A stretch of DNA of 63,500 nt, counting the filler, from Collodictyon triciliatum (lineage: Eukaryota), in NCBI GenBank assembly GCA_043381765.1. It is 10 parts of 10 records of this genome, joined end to end, with 100 filler letters (N's around TTAATTAATTAA, not from the genome) between each part and the next. Parts side by side here need not be neighbours in the genome. Positions count along the whole stretch, not along the records: positions 45,104 to 51,764 come from JBHJMP010004329.1; positions 51,865 to 58,522 come from JBHJMP010004330.1; positions 58,623 to 63,500 come from JBHJMP010004401.1; 7 more parts are not named here. The stretch is one strand, 5' to 3'. Shown piece by piece: positions 51,188 to 63,478 of this stretch. The notes under the pieces were generated by a model. It saw nothing but the letters and a program-made list of their open reading frames with translations. It was not told the origin of the DNA and did not search any database. The translations under genes and the position numbers were made by a program. Numbering within the stretch: position 1 is the first letter of the stretch; every line of letters begins with the position of its first letter.

Positions 51188-51764
51188 TTATTCTTTTGTG
51201 CGTGCTCTCTTGGAGCTGCTGACGATCGTATCAGTAGAGAAATGCCCGTGTAAATTGGCTCCGTCTGTCATTAAAGCGCGTACCTTCGGGTAATCAATCT
51301 CATACTTGCTGTGTTTAATTTTTATATGGTCCTTGTATTGTGTTTTAAAACTCATCCATCGTTCGCTATTGGTGAACGACCTATACTCGAGCACTTTTCG
51401 ACTGGGCAATCTTTTGTTGCTAAACAGCTTGTATATGTCGTATATTTGATCAATGGCAAGTTCAAATGGAGCGCCATTGTGCCACTTACACTTACCTATG
51501 AAGAAGAGGTCGAAGCTGTCCACCGCATAGTCATTCCATTCAACAAATATGAACCTGATAAACTGTTCAACAGGGTCGGCATGTTTTTCTGCCAGTGTCT
51601 CGCATGTCTCCCTTTTTGGAAACGCGTTAAAGTTAAATTTCGCATCATACTCATTCAACAAAACCTTAACAAAAACCTTGACAAAGTCGGGGTCGCCTGT
51701 TTCGTTTGTTAATTGCTCTATTTCTTCTTCGTCAAGTCGGTGCTCTCGTACGTCAAACACCGGG
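51188..51764 (-). CDS. C-terminal part of a D5-like/SF3 primase-helicase (5'-truncated)
   Basis: PVFDV...EQLTNETGDPDFVKVFVKVLL...FNFNAFPKRE...DPVEQFI...IDQIYDIYKLF resembles the region after the SF3 helicase core in PLV/virophage primase-helicases. Walker motifs are off-contig. Confidence 0.6.
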
Positions 51765-51864
51765 NNNNNNNNNNNNNNNNNNNNNNNNNNNNNNNNNNNN
51801 NNNNNNNNTTAATTAATTAANNNNNNNNNNNNNNNNNNNNNNNNNNNNNNNNNNNNNNNNNNNN

Positions 51865-52260
51865 TGACATCCTGTTTGGCCCACAATACCAAATGACCCA
51901 CGACTCTAGAATACTCTGGACAGTCACAAGGGGACATATGCTGTGGTTCTTATGGAGTGTGCGCATTCTCTCGCTCTTATGATTCACCCGAACGAGAAAT
52001 CAATGTATCGAGGCTTGAGAGCCTCGTGCAATACAGCTTCCTGAACAGCCTGCTGAAACACGCCCCCATTCTTCGCTACTCTGACTGCAAGCGAAGAGAG
52101 ATGTGGAAATGTGTCGTGCGATATCTCCCACAGCATATTCAAACCCTCGCTACCCACGCAACCAATCAACCAGTTATGTTGCCCACCTGACCAACTCGCT
52201 ATCACTGATTTCTTTCCCTTGATTTCATCATCATTACCAATCAGCATCACACAAAAAGGG
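51865..52260 (+). mobile_element. Degenerate 3' end of L1/Tx1-like LINE ORF2
   Basis: Frameshifted DILFG...ILWTVTRGHMLWFLWSVR...WKCVVRYLPQH...PPDQLAITDFFP, with the LWxxWxxR motif typical of LINE ORF2 C-termini. A homologous copy lies at 55060-55200 (-). Confidence 0.55.
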
Positions 52261-53204
52261 AACTCATACACGCATCTTCTGATTGTAATCCACTGTTGTA
52301 TTTATTATATATGTCCTAGCGATAAATTTATGTAATTGTGAAATATTGCAAGATATGATATTGTATATATAATTAATCATTCATATTTTCCACTTTTAAA
52401 TTTTTCATCTGGAGCGTAAATCAGATCTCGTTAAAAACAACGAACTAACAATCAGACTAACCCGAATCCTGCCTTCTTTCACAACGGTCACAACACATAT
52501 GTGCCATCGGAAAAACTCGTCTGCTTGGCTGTTCAACAGTTGGAAAGAGCAGAAGAACAAAGCAAAATAAAAAAGGAGTACATGAGAATAGAACAACCCT
52601 ATTATATGCCAGGAGTTTCTCGACTTTAAAAAAGCATAGTTTTCTCGTTATTCGTGCAGTATCCTGCTTGTTTAAGTTCGCTCCACATAATCGGATGAAT
52701 GCAATAACATATATCCTTTCATGGTTGTTTATTTTTAATTCTGAGTTGATTAAAGTTGGAGCCATGTTTTATTTTAGCTCAAACGCAGCTCTAAGTCCTT
52801 TTTTTAAACAAAAGAATGCTCCGTCCTGAGCCAAAGTCGATCTCTCTAAATCGCTGAGTCTGCACTGTTAAATTATGCTGTCATGTGTACGTACAAGAAA
52901 GTTTGCCTTTTACTATATTCGATTCAATCTTCAAGAGATTCAACTTTACAATGGTGGACAAGGCGTGAATGGCCGAGAGCAGAGGTGAATCGAAGAGATA
53001 ATCGAGGAAGCCAAATTATGGAAAAGAAGAAAGAGGCGGTGAGTTAGATAGGCGAGCTGTACACATGAGAACAGCAGGAATTTTTACTTCTGCACATACT
53101 CCTATGTAAACGTCTATTTAATGCTTTGTTGTACTTTATCGACGCTCAGTGCTCGTAATGAATTAACTTTTTAAAGTGTGCTTGCTCTTTTGCGTAGCTG
53201 AATT

Positions 53205-53740
53205 ATTTTTTTTTTATATTTCCTTTCAGTTTATACAAAGTGGAGGTTGTATTGTTCTGAAAGAGTCCATAATCGATTTTTAAACACGACTTTGCTTGTT
53301 GTTGAAGAGAGGCTCATTCTCTTGAACCCATTTCAAACTGGTTTGTTACAGCAACAATACCAACTCGCTTTTCCATAAAAATGTAATAGAGGGAGGTTTT
53401 TGTACTGATTCGTCGGAATTCGTTTGCTCGAGCACTAATCAGGGACTTGAGACGAAGAAGTTGTCGGTTATCGGAAATTGTATCCTGTGGGTTGGCCTGT
53501 AATCTGGGTCTTGTGCTTGCATCAAAGAGATAAGGCGAGGTTTAGTCTCTTTTCAGCCTTCTTTATGGATGTCTTTTCTCATAGGATGTTTGTAATTACG
53601 AACGTGGATGTGGCGAAGTAGGCCTTGATGAAAGAGAATTGTATGATGTCATCTAGTCTATATCGGCTATGGTGGGTGAGTGTTAAATCTTGAAATTCTT
53701 CAATTCTATACTTATAAATATTGAATAGGATGTTACTGAA
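53205..53740 (-). mobile_element. Degenerate poly(A)-tailed fragment sharing the family-2 3' tail
   Basis: Ends ctttgtataaactgaaaggaaatat(a)n. Upstream is stop- and frameshift-ridden coding-like sequence. Confidence 0.35.
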
Positions 53741-54083
53741 GTAGATAATTGCAATTAATGATGGGGTTAATAATTTTTTTTTATTTTTTTCAGCATCCGC
53801 CATGCACTTTAGTAGTCACGAGTGTAACAAGATACAATTAGTCCTCGCTTACATACATCATGCAACATGGTATGATATTCTTGGGTGAATAACTCAGTAT
53901 CTTAGATTTCATTTTATTTGACGTGATCTGTAATAATTTTGCATATTTCTTAAGCTGAACATTTTGTAAAAATGTTTTGGATTGTGTGATGAAACGTAAT
54001 CATTTTTATGGTATGGATTAAATTACCGTGCTGTATTTGATTGAATTTTTATCTTCATCTGATTGCAACCTGTTTAAATGTAT

Positions 54084-54480
54084 TTTATTCTCCCTATCGG
54101 TTTGTACAAAATAGCAAAGGCTTTGGCTCTGGTTCACTAGCCATCATGGCATGGACGCTACTTGTTGACCAGATGACGGACCAGTAGTCGTTTATCAAGA
54201 ATTACACCTGCAGCATGACCCGTAGTCTGGGTCTTATGGTTGCATAAATGAGAGAGGCGAGGCGAAATTTCATGACTTTCTCAACCTCTTCCCACATGTC
54301 TTTTCTCGCAGGGTCTGAGCGACAAAGAATGTGCAGAAGGAGAAGGAGGCCATTGAGGAAAGAGATGATAAGGTGTCATCTAATATTATTGTCAGGATTG
54401 GGTGGTGGATTGTTGAATCTTGCTTCCTGTGAGTATATCGCGTTATCCACATACTCCTTAGAAAATTACCTCTGCTATAT
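54084..54480 (-). mobile_element. Degenerate retroelement 3' fragment (family 2)
   Basis: Ends ...catgccatgatggctagtgaaccagagcc...tattttgtacaaaccgatagggagaataaaa, homologous to the intronic inserts at 63137-63242 and 14138-14193. Confidence 0.5.
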
Positions 54481-54944
54481 TTACATATTTTTGTCGTTGG
54501 TTTGATGTAAGATGTAGTATGATGTCTTAAAAGACCAGCATATGTACCATTTTGTTAAAAGAAAAAATGTAGGCTATATGAGCGTAAGAGTGAGAGGATT
54601 CGGCATGCCAAATGAACTCGACTTCTAATCGTCAGTACCTGCATGGAGCGAGGGAAACACTCGTGTGACTTGATATGGGTACTCCGTACTGATGGACATT
54701 GTGTGAGATGGACTTATCTGCGCTGTGCTGCAAACGTATTTTTATTTTCTTTTTCAAATAAATATAATCGAATTGAGCCTGAGAAACATTCAGACATCAA
54801 AGGAATGTGGGGATATTCGTTTACTAAGATTATGGCTCCTTTCTGAGATTATACATGTCAGATATAGGCGTATAGTTTTTATTGCGGATTCATCCATTAT
54901 ATGCGATGTAATTTATACTAATGCAGCACTAGTTTTGCTCTTTT

Positions 54945-55200
54945 ATCTTTTAATTTTCCTATTATTCGATTCAAAGTGCACCAATGCTATGCCATACAAG
55001 AGGCGAGATAGGTGTGCATGGTAGAGAGCAAACACGAGTAGGAGAGGACGCTATTGTGGAGAAGCAAGCACTGGATAGAAATCAGTGATAACGAGTTGGT
55101 CAGGTGGCGATTCCAACTGGTTGATTAGTTGCGTGGGTAGCAGGGGTTGAGCATGTTGTGGAAAGTATCTCACGACACATACCCACTTTGCTCTTGTATG
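54945..55200 (-). mobile_element. 5'-truncated LINE copy (family 1): ORF2 end + 3'UTR ending ...GCACTTTGAATCGAATAATAGGAAAA
   Basis: WVCVVRYFPQHAQPLLPTQLINQLESPPDQLVITDFYPVLASPQ* aligns with 52100-52230 and runs into the same terminal motif found in the micro-insertions. Confidence 0.65.
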
Positions 55201-55241
55201 TAATTTAAACTTCTGTCATCATAAAGTGTCTTTATTTAAAT

Positions 55242-55302
55242 ATGTTTAAATTGAAATTACTTTGAATCGAATAAAGGAAAAAAAATGTTTAAATTGAAAT
55301 TA
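55242..55302 (+). mobile_element. 25-nt micro-retroinsertion (55260-55284) with perfect 18-bp TSD
   Basis: atgtttaaattgaaatta [ctttgaatcgaataaaggaaaaaaa] atgtttaaattgaaatta. Confidence 0.85.
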
Positions 55303-56788
55303 AAAAAACTTTCTATCAGAACGATTCATGCCGATGCAACCCGTACTTGAGGGTGGATGTAATTTAAAAAAGTATCAGTCGGTAAGATATATCAATTTTT
55401 ATTATTTCCAAAGAATATTATCGAATATTTTTATGAAAAATGCAAAAAAAAATAGAAAGAAACGAAGAAAAAAAGGGATTATGATTTATATTTTTATAAA
55501 TGCCAAAAGGGTTGTGGTAACTTAATCGTGGTGATTAAAAGAACCTCTTATCTATTTGTATCTACTACCCTGTACTTTCATCAATTTTCCCTTCCATATC
55601 AAAATTTCTTCGACGCTTATGGAAGTGATGGAATCAAGTTGTTATGTCCTTCAAATCAAAATTTTGAATTTTCAAAAATCGAGAATGGGCATGTTTCTGT
55701 CACGAAGGATGTTGCAGCCCAAGGTTCAAGCATATATGAGGTTCTGTCGTCTTTAGTTGGCGGTTGAGAGCCTCGTGCGTGTCTGTGGATGGATTTGATG
55801 ATTATCATAATCACTCCAACCCTGCCGAGACGACGGAAGAATGTATTACAACACAATGCACAAGCAACCTGCGGACGGGGCACAAACCCTCTGTAAGCCT
55901 TTAAATTATCATGATTAACATCTGTATCTATTGACCCAAATTCTTGCGCTTCATAAATCCCCCAACAAAGCCAACTAGTCAAATAGAACATCCTCTCATC
56001 ATCCATCCATTCATGTAGGCTATCCTTGCCGGGTTAAGAAGGGTAGGCGGGCGTTGAGCGCGGCGTTGTGGAGTTCATTGGATGGCTCCGGCGCTCCACG
56101 CAGCGCGTATCTTTCTTATCATGGGATGGTCGAGGTTTGTAGCGCTCCACAGTTGGAACCCGTCCTCGCTGAGAACTGAACCACTAAAGGGAGCCATTAC
56201 GCAAACTGGTGGGGTATTTTCCAACGGTTATGCGCGGTGCCGTATCCCGACTCGGTGGGGAGCGGCCCCGTGGCTTCAGCAAGGCTCCTGACAGTAGTGT
56301 CTGCTGTGGGATACAACGCACCCAACAGGTACGTCCCATATGCAAACTATACCCTCAAATTTCTTGTTTTCTTTGTTCTGTTCTCTTTCTGCGTGTGGTT
56401 TAAAGAATACAATAAAGAACAACGAAATAAACACATCAAACAATAGACCTAATCCAATTAATTTTTGCTTTTCCTTTGATCATTTTGACAATTACTATTA
56501 TATTCCACATTAAACATACAAATATGTTATGTCTTAATCTATGAACTTCAATCACATCGAATCTATGCATCGAATCCAATCTGACCCGATTTTTTTCCCA
56601 TCCCCATCCAGGCACTACTACCAGGCAACCCTTGCTGGGCCCACGGGTAAACTGCTCCTCATTCGGGCAACGCCTTTGTACATAAAGAGTCGGGATAAAG
56701 CTGTATGTAAACCTCGGTAACGCTAAGCCTGTGCGATCAGAGTTATCCGTTTATTCAAGTTTCGTACCCTTTTTTTTCGTTCTTTTCA

Positions 56789-56817
56789 AGGCGGGCGGCT
56801 TCGGCAGCCGCCCGCCT
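56789..56817. other. GC-rich 12-bp hairpin between T-tracts
   Basis: aggcgggcggct-tcggc-agccgcccgcct. Confidence 0.85.
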
Positions 56818-57750
56818 CGCATGCGCGATCCTTTTTTTTTGCAGCAGCCGGCCAGTCGCCAACCAGTCTCGAGTCTCGAGACGAGTCGACCTGCAAATGT
56901 CGTCTGCAACACTCAGCTACTCGCACAAGCAACGCAACGCGGACTCACGAGCACACACACTCCTGCACACACTCCTGCACGCATGAGACTCGAAAATCCG
57001 CAAAGGCTCTACTATGCCGGAATACGATGAAGTTTGATTCACACCAGCACAAGGAAGAATACGAACTCGCTGCGGCAAAGATGAAAGGTTCACTCACCAT
57101 TATACAAGCCATGTAACACCCTCACAGCACGAAAAAAAAAGATAGAAATAAACACGGACATTAATGGCATGAAGAAGCAAATTTTCATCCAAAAAGGGAA
57201 TGAAGTAATTTACACTCTGTACAATCATCACCATACAATTTTCAATCTGTGGAATTTACAGCATATACAAATTTTATGGTGCATGTCGAATACTGTGTCA
57301 TAAATTTTCCGAATATTTGTAGCAGGAATACACGTCGTCCATCATGGAGAAATATTGCACCCGGAGCATTCGAGAATGTTCTGCCTTCCCAATCACCACA
57401 CGAGCGACACACCGCCCAATCCGCCCACTATATGTTAAGATGGCCACATCTTCATTCGGACAGAAAATTCGCCGGCCTTTGTGGGATATTTAACCTTCGT
57501 CCCGTCGAAATCGCTGCTGACCTGCGCTTTTTCTTTCTCGCTACCTTATCACACCACTCATTCACAATGCGCATTCTATTCTCTGTGTGCACAACCGCAC
57601 TGCTCTCACCCAAGCAACGCCAGTCTGTGTGACCTGTCAAGTGCATTCACAAAACAAATAAACACTGCTGTGCACTAACACAACCCAGTCCACTCGTCCC
57701 ACACAACACCCAGAACCCGTCCAAACCACCCCCGCCCCACTTCTGTCGGC

Positions 57751-58522
57751 ATGGCCGACGAGGCCGCGCTTTTAGAAGAAGTCCGAAAGATCACCGGGAA
57801 AGACGACATCGCCTCTTTAAAAAGCTCCGAGAGTCTAGACTTGGGCGGGATAGGCTTAACTTCCGTTCCTCATGGTGTGTTTTTGTTGTCTGGTCTGAAA
57901 GAATTGGGCCTTTATAACAATCAGTTGCCATCGCTTCCTGCACAAATATCGTGCTTGACTGGTCTCACTGAGCTTGGTGTTGGTTACAATCAGTTGTCAT
58001 CGCTTCCTGCACAAATATCGTGCTTGACTGGTCTCACGTGGCTTGGTGTTGAAAACAATCTGGTATGTTATTATTCATTTAATTTTACTATTTTTGTTTA
58101 TGTTGAAAGATAAAGTTACTGACAACGATACGTGCAGATGGAGGAGCTTCCACCACAAATTACTGCGCTCACAAATCTGAAGAGGCTCTGGATGGAAAAC
58201 AGAGGAATAGTTAACATAAAGAGAGCGCCGCGTGGCATTACAGCCCTTCCAGTGTGGAACAACACAGAGAAATACGGAGAAATGACACGGAGTTTTGCCG
58301 ACGCCCTCCGAAAGCTGCAGCTCTACGACCCCGTAAGCACACAAAGAGATAAAATAAAAAACAAAAAAGTATCCTAAAACACACAACAAAAACAGGAAGA
58401 CGAAATTCTAAAGCCAGGATGGACACCAAGCGAGGCATATATCCAGCTCCACTCGCTGAATTTCACGGGAAGAAACATCTCCGTGCTTCCAGCCAACATC
58501 TCCCTCCTGGTGAATCTGAGCT
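57751..58522 (+). CDS. Leucine-rich repeat protein, 3'-partial, 3 exons visible
   Basis: 23-aa LRRs (LKELGLYNNQLPSLPAQISCLTG, LTELGVGYNQLSSLPAQISCLTG). Introns at 58063-58137 and 58333-58396. Confidence 0.85.
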
Positions 58523-58622
58523 NNNNNNNNNNNNNNNNNNNNNNNNNNNNNNNNNNNNNNNNNNNNTTAATTAATTAANNNNNNNNNNNNNNNNNNNNNN
58601 NNNNNNNNNNNNNNNNNNNNNN

Positions 58623-58712
<90 letters not shown>

Positions 58713-59882
58713 TCCTCTTGCACAAATTGAGAGGAATGATTTTTTTTTAAAAAAAATCTTAGATGGTTGATGGATTTTCAATTTACAATAATCATAGGTT
58801 GTGGTTTGTTCAAAGTATTTATTAGTATTCTTGTTGTTTAAGTAGTCGAGTTTAAGACTCATATTAATGTAGCTCCTTTTTCGTGAATAAAATCGGACTA
58901 TAGGTCTACAACGTAGTCGAAATATTTGCATCGTCGAAAGGTAAATGCGAAAGTAAGTAGATAAAGTGAAATCGAATACGAGGCAATGTTGATCCTGCGT
59001 CTTGGCAACCCGAAGCCCGCTTCGCACAAAAGAAACGCATAAATTATATATTCCGCAAATAGGTTAAAGAATTATACTTCCACATATGTCGTTTTGCCAA
59101 ACCATACTGTTGAAGAAGGATTGCTCCGGGATAATGGGAGCACAGGAAATATCAAGTTCCCTCTAGAAAGGAATAAAAAATAGCCCTGAACTTGGGCACA
59201 CCTCTTTTCCCATGACCTAACCGACATCCAATTCAAAATTCGATTGACAGATTCACCCACCGCCGCGCAACCTCCAACTTTCGTCCTAATTTGTCATGAA
59301 GCAACCTTTCAGTCGACCAACCAGCACTTGCAGCAACAAAGCGCACCAATCGCACACACCCGCATCAATCTTCACTCGTTCTTTTTCATATATCTGAGGG
59401 ACTTACAAGAGGCTTATACACAACCTCCAGCGCCTAGTTTTTTTTTTAGAGTGATTCATTTTACAGACACGAGTAGTCGAGGGTGGTGTTGGTCTGGCTG
59501 CTGATCGTGAAAGCAAGGAGCGTTTTATGTCGGTTGTTTGATCGGCCTGGTTTTATTTGGGTGGGGTTAGGCCCTTCGAAGCATCTGCAGCCCGCGTTTA
59601 TTGTTTTTCTCTCAGGGCTGATCTTTTTACGACTCCATTTCACTACCACAAAATAAAGAATTGCTTCTTTTTTATTTTAGAAAAGAAACTGGACTATTAT
59701 GCATCTTCACTGACGCAATCCTTCAATACATATGAATACGTAGAAGACAGAGAGCATATATTCCTTCATTCTTTCCAGGTAAGAGCGAATATACGTATAT
59801 ATTTATTAAAAATGCGTCCATTTCTCATCATATTACGAGACTTGTTGCAAATTAGCATTTTTTACTTCGTATACGTATATGT

Positions 59883-60003
<121 letters not shown>

Positions 60004-60893
60004 GACGATGACATCTTCTACTTCAATATGAAGGTATTAAAGTGTTTGACGGCCTTTACATATCAGCAATTACGCTCTCAGCTGCTCTTTTTGTTATCAG
60101 TAATATATGAGCCTTTACTTTCTAATCATGTATTATTTATACTATGCCTCTTAATCCACTACACTATCATATTAAAATCGCTAAAAAGTATGGCCTACAG
60201 TCAAGCGATATGAATAGGCTTCCTAGTTAAGGTATTGAGTTTATTTGTATCAAGTTGAACGAAACACAGCTGCTGGATAATTTTTAAAGCCTTGGGTATG
60301 CAGTAAAATTGTATAAAATTATCTCATTTGAAACAATCATTGATTTACCAAGTTATTTTTCTCTAATTGATATAAATTTTAACGCATATGCACCAAAATG
60401 CAAAGGCGTGAGTAACCAGGGACTATATACCATTTTACATAATCAAAATGTGTTTTTGAACAACATGCATCATTAATGCCATCCCTTTGATCAAATAATA
60501 TATATATTATGTGTGCGGGTGTGAGGGGTTTAAAGTTTATATATAATGTGATATCAGCCGAGCATTTCTTAAATATATACTTGTTTATAAACGAGTCTTT
60601 CGGGCATAATTTCTTCTATACAACCCTACATTATTTTTAAAAATCAGTAGTGAATTAATATTCAATATAATTGGGTCTACTCTAAAGAATAATTTGGTTG
60701 GGTCAACTTTTAAAAAAGCTTTTTATTCAGAATGGGATTTATCGTACACAAAAGTTTAATTATACTTCAATTACATACACCGTGGGATGTTCTTGATTGG
60801 AAATATATATTCGACTAATATTGGAGAAATAAAGTGATTAAAAAAACTAGAGAATAACAAGCCTTTACTCTTATAGACGAAGAACTCTGAAGA

Positions 60894-63380
60894 ATGTCCG
60901 AAAGTAAATCAAGCACCGAGACTAATTTTAATTTAGTCACTGTTGATGATGTGAGTTCATAATTTACTTACAGTTTTCGTTCTTTATTTTTTTTGAAAAA
61001 TATGTTTCATTTCCGTAACTTGACTCCTCTGCTGAATACAGGCTGTCCTCGAGTGGGTTAATTACCATCTAGGAAAAATTGAGCTCAAGGCGAAGAACAT
61101 TCGCGACGATTTCATGGATGGATTCTTTTTGGCCATGTTGATAGAGATGGTCACCGCAAAATCCTTGGGGAGTTACCATTCCCGATTGTTTGCGTATGCT
61201 TTACAACTTTATTAAACGTACACCATTATTTGATTTTGGATTACTGAATTTTGGATACTCTATTAACAAATAGCGACGAAGCCATTGAAGGGGAGATTCT
61301 CGTGGAAGAGAATCAAAAGCTCATAGCTGATTGGTTTTTGAAATCTGGCGTATGCGATGAGGCTATCGCTCCTGATGTCTGTTATCCGGGTCAGGATTAC
61401 TTCCTTGTATAATTTCTGTTCGCGCTTACAGATTCTTTAAGACATACAGCTGATATATTTCCATAGATTTGATTGATTCCATCATCTGGTACCTTATTGT
61501 AAGAAGTGTTGGTCATCTGGGAAGTCTTAAGGTAATATGAATTTTTTGCTTTACTAAGGTGATTTCAAAAAAAACTATGAGTGATATACAGTTCGAAAAA
61601 AAAAAAAAACAGCTAATCTTCGAATATAGAAAAAGTGCCGTGAAAGGTATGAAATTTCCAAGATTCTGTATGAAAGAACGAAAGCTCCATTCCCGTTTCA
61701 AGGCAAGTTTTTATAATCCTTTCATTTTTTTGAAAATTATGAATTTCTATGAAATTTCATAAAAGAAAAATATTCGTATTGAGGCTAAAAATTCAAATAT
61801 AACATTATCAGGATTTGGTTTGGAGGATAAAGGCTCTGTGGTCCTTGTCCGCACTTGCATCCTTCTTGAAAAGGTATACATGGAAAAGTTAGAATTAATT
61901 CTCACATGAACTCTAGTCACCTTTTATTCAATCAATTTGAAAAAAAATATCAATCCATTTACAAAATCAGATGAAACTCGCCCGAGAAGACTTGAAGGAA
62001 AGACAATACAAAAAGTGGAATCCAGCGCCACAGAGATACGAAACTGCTACAAAATTGCCTACAATCGTTTTTGATGAGCGCGTAATTCGCGTATTCCTAT
62101 CATCCACTTTTCGTGACATGCAACGAGAAAGAGATGAGTTCTTCAAGCACGGAGCTCCAGAGTAATTTTTATTTCATAATGCTGTTTTCCGCGTCATATA
62201 AACACACTTTTGGGCAAATTTTATCTTGAATGTTTTTAGGTTGAAAAAGTTTGCGAAATCAAAAGGACTGGATCTCGTTTTCATTGATTTACGCTGGGGA
62301 CTGACTTCAGAAGACAGCAGTGAAGGATGGGTGAAAATTCCTTGATTTATTTCCCTAAAAATAATTTTTTACTTCTAAATAACTAATCGCTCATTTATAG
62401 GTTGTAATTCGCTGCTTGGACTCCATTGGAAAATGCCCATACTTTGTGTGCTCCCTCGGTGCGCGTTATGGTTGGATTCCCGACCAAAACAAAACTGAGT
62501 TGAATAAAGAAGCCCGCCTAGAGGAAATGATGAAAATCAATCCTAGTGCTGCTGTGAAGGATGTTTGGGTGGAATGGCACAGCGAGACAAACGCTCGCTT
62601 CCCTTTCATTAATGAAATACCTGGGCTAAGTGTGACAGAGTATGAGGTAAATCTAGTTGATGAGTTTTCATTTATCTATTCAAGTAAAATCGAAATAATA
62701 GCCGTCATGGATAGTAAATGTAATCTTTTTAGATTCAATATGCCTGCCTGATCGGCAAACCAGCATGCAGCCGTGCCTTTTTCTATCTTCGCGATGAGGA
62801 ATATGCCATCCGACACGCCAAGAACGAGGAAGAGAGAAAATTGTTTCAAGCCGAAAGTGAAGAGGCTGTAAAAATTCGTTAAAAATTAACCATAAGCATT
62901 TCATGATATTACAAGAGAATTAAATTCATTTTATTTCTTGCAGCGTACAAGACAGGAGGAGCTCAAAGAAAAAGTCAAGGCTAAATACGGTCACATAGTC
63001 TATAAAGGGGCAAAAGAATACTCTGACTTTGTAACTTACCATCTGACCTATGCCATCGAACGAGACTTTGGACATCATATTGTAATCTTCTCATCAAATC
63101 ATAAATATTTTATTATTTTTTTTAAAAAAAATAATGCTTTTCTGCCACCCGGACATCAAGAAGCGCCCATGCAAATGACGGCTAACGAACCAAATCCATA
63201 ATCCTCATTATCTTGTACAAATTGAAAGGAACAATAAAAAAATTTGTTGATAAAAATAATGTCCAACCAAATAATAACTAGGCGAGAAACCCAGAAGACC
63301 AAGCACAATATCAGTTCAAAATGCACCGACTGGCTGGTTTCGGTGGAAGAGAGGAGCTCCTAAAGAGAATCATGGAGCAA
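60894..63380 (+). CDS. Calponin-homology + DUF4062 protein leading into a NACHT domain (NPHP3/TEP1/NWD1-type), 3'-partial, multi-exon
   Basis: CH: AVLEWVNYHLGK...NIRDDFMDGFFLAMLIEMVTAKSL...LIDSIIWYLI. DUF4062: IRVFLSSTFRDMQRERDEF...FIDLRWGLT...RCLDSIGKCPYFVCSLGARYGWIP...SVTEYEI. Ends FGGREELLKRI, the motif that precedes a NACHT Walker A. Confidence 0.85.
63137..63242 (+). mobile_element. About 105-nt family-2 retroinsertion in an intron
   Basis: Encodes ...PMQMTANEPNP* then cttgtacaaattgaaaggaacaataaaaaaa; degenerate flanking repeat (aaaaataatg). Confidence 0.6.
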
Positions 63381-63425
63381 GTGAGTTTCTTGTCATTAAA
63401 AATGGAGAATGTCCTTCGAAGCCAG

Positions 63426-63478
<53 letters not shown>

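Larger units (their letters stand above)
45104..51764. mobile_element. Fragment of an endogenous Polinton-like virus / virophage-like element (whole contig)
   Basis: Gene-dense, intron-free, with tightly packed or overlapping ORFs, unlike the host contigs. Carries a Maverick-type rve integrase and a primase-helicase-like C-terminus. No capsid, pPolB or packaging ATPase is recognisable in this fragment. Confidence 0.8.

Noticed and set aside
52095-55200. Inverted homology between 52095-52230 and 55060-55200 as transposon TIRs
   Set aside because: Both encode the same LINE-like ORF2 C-terminus and have different 3' UTRs. They are better explained as two independent insertions in opposite orientation.
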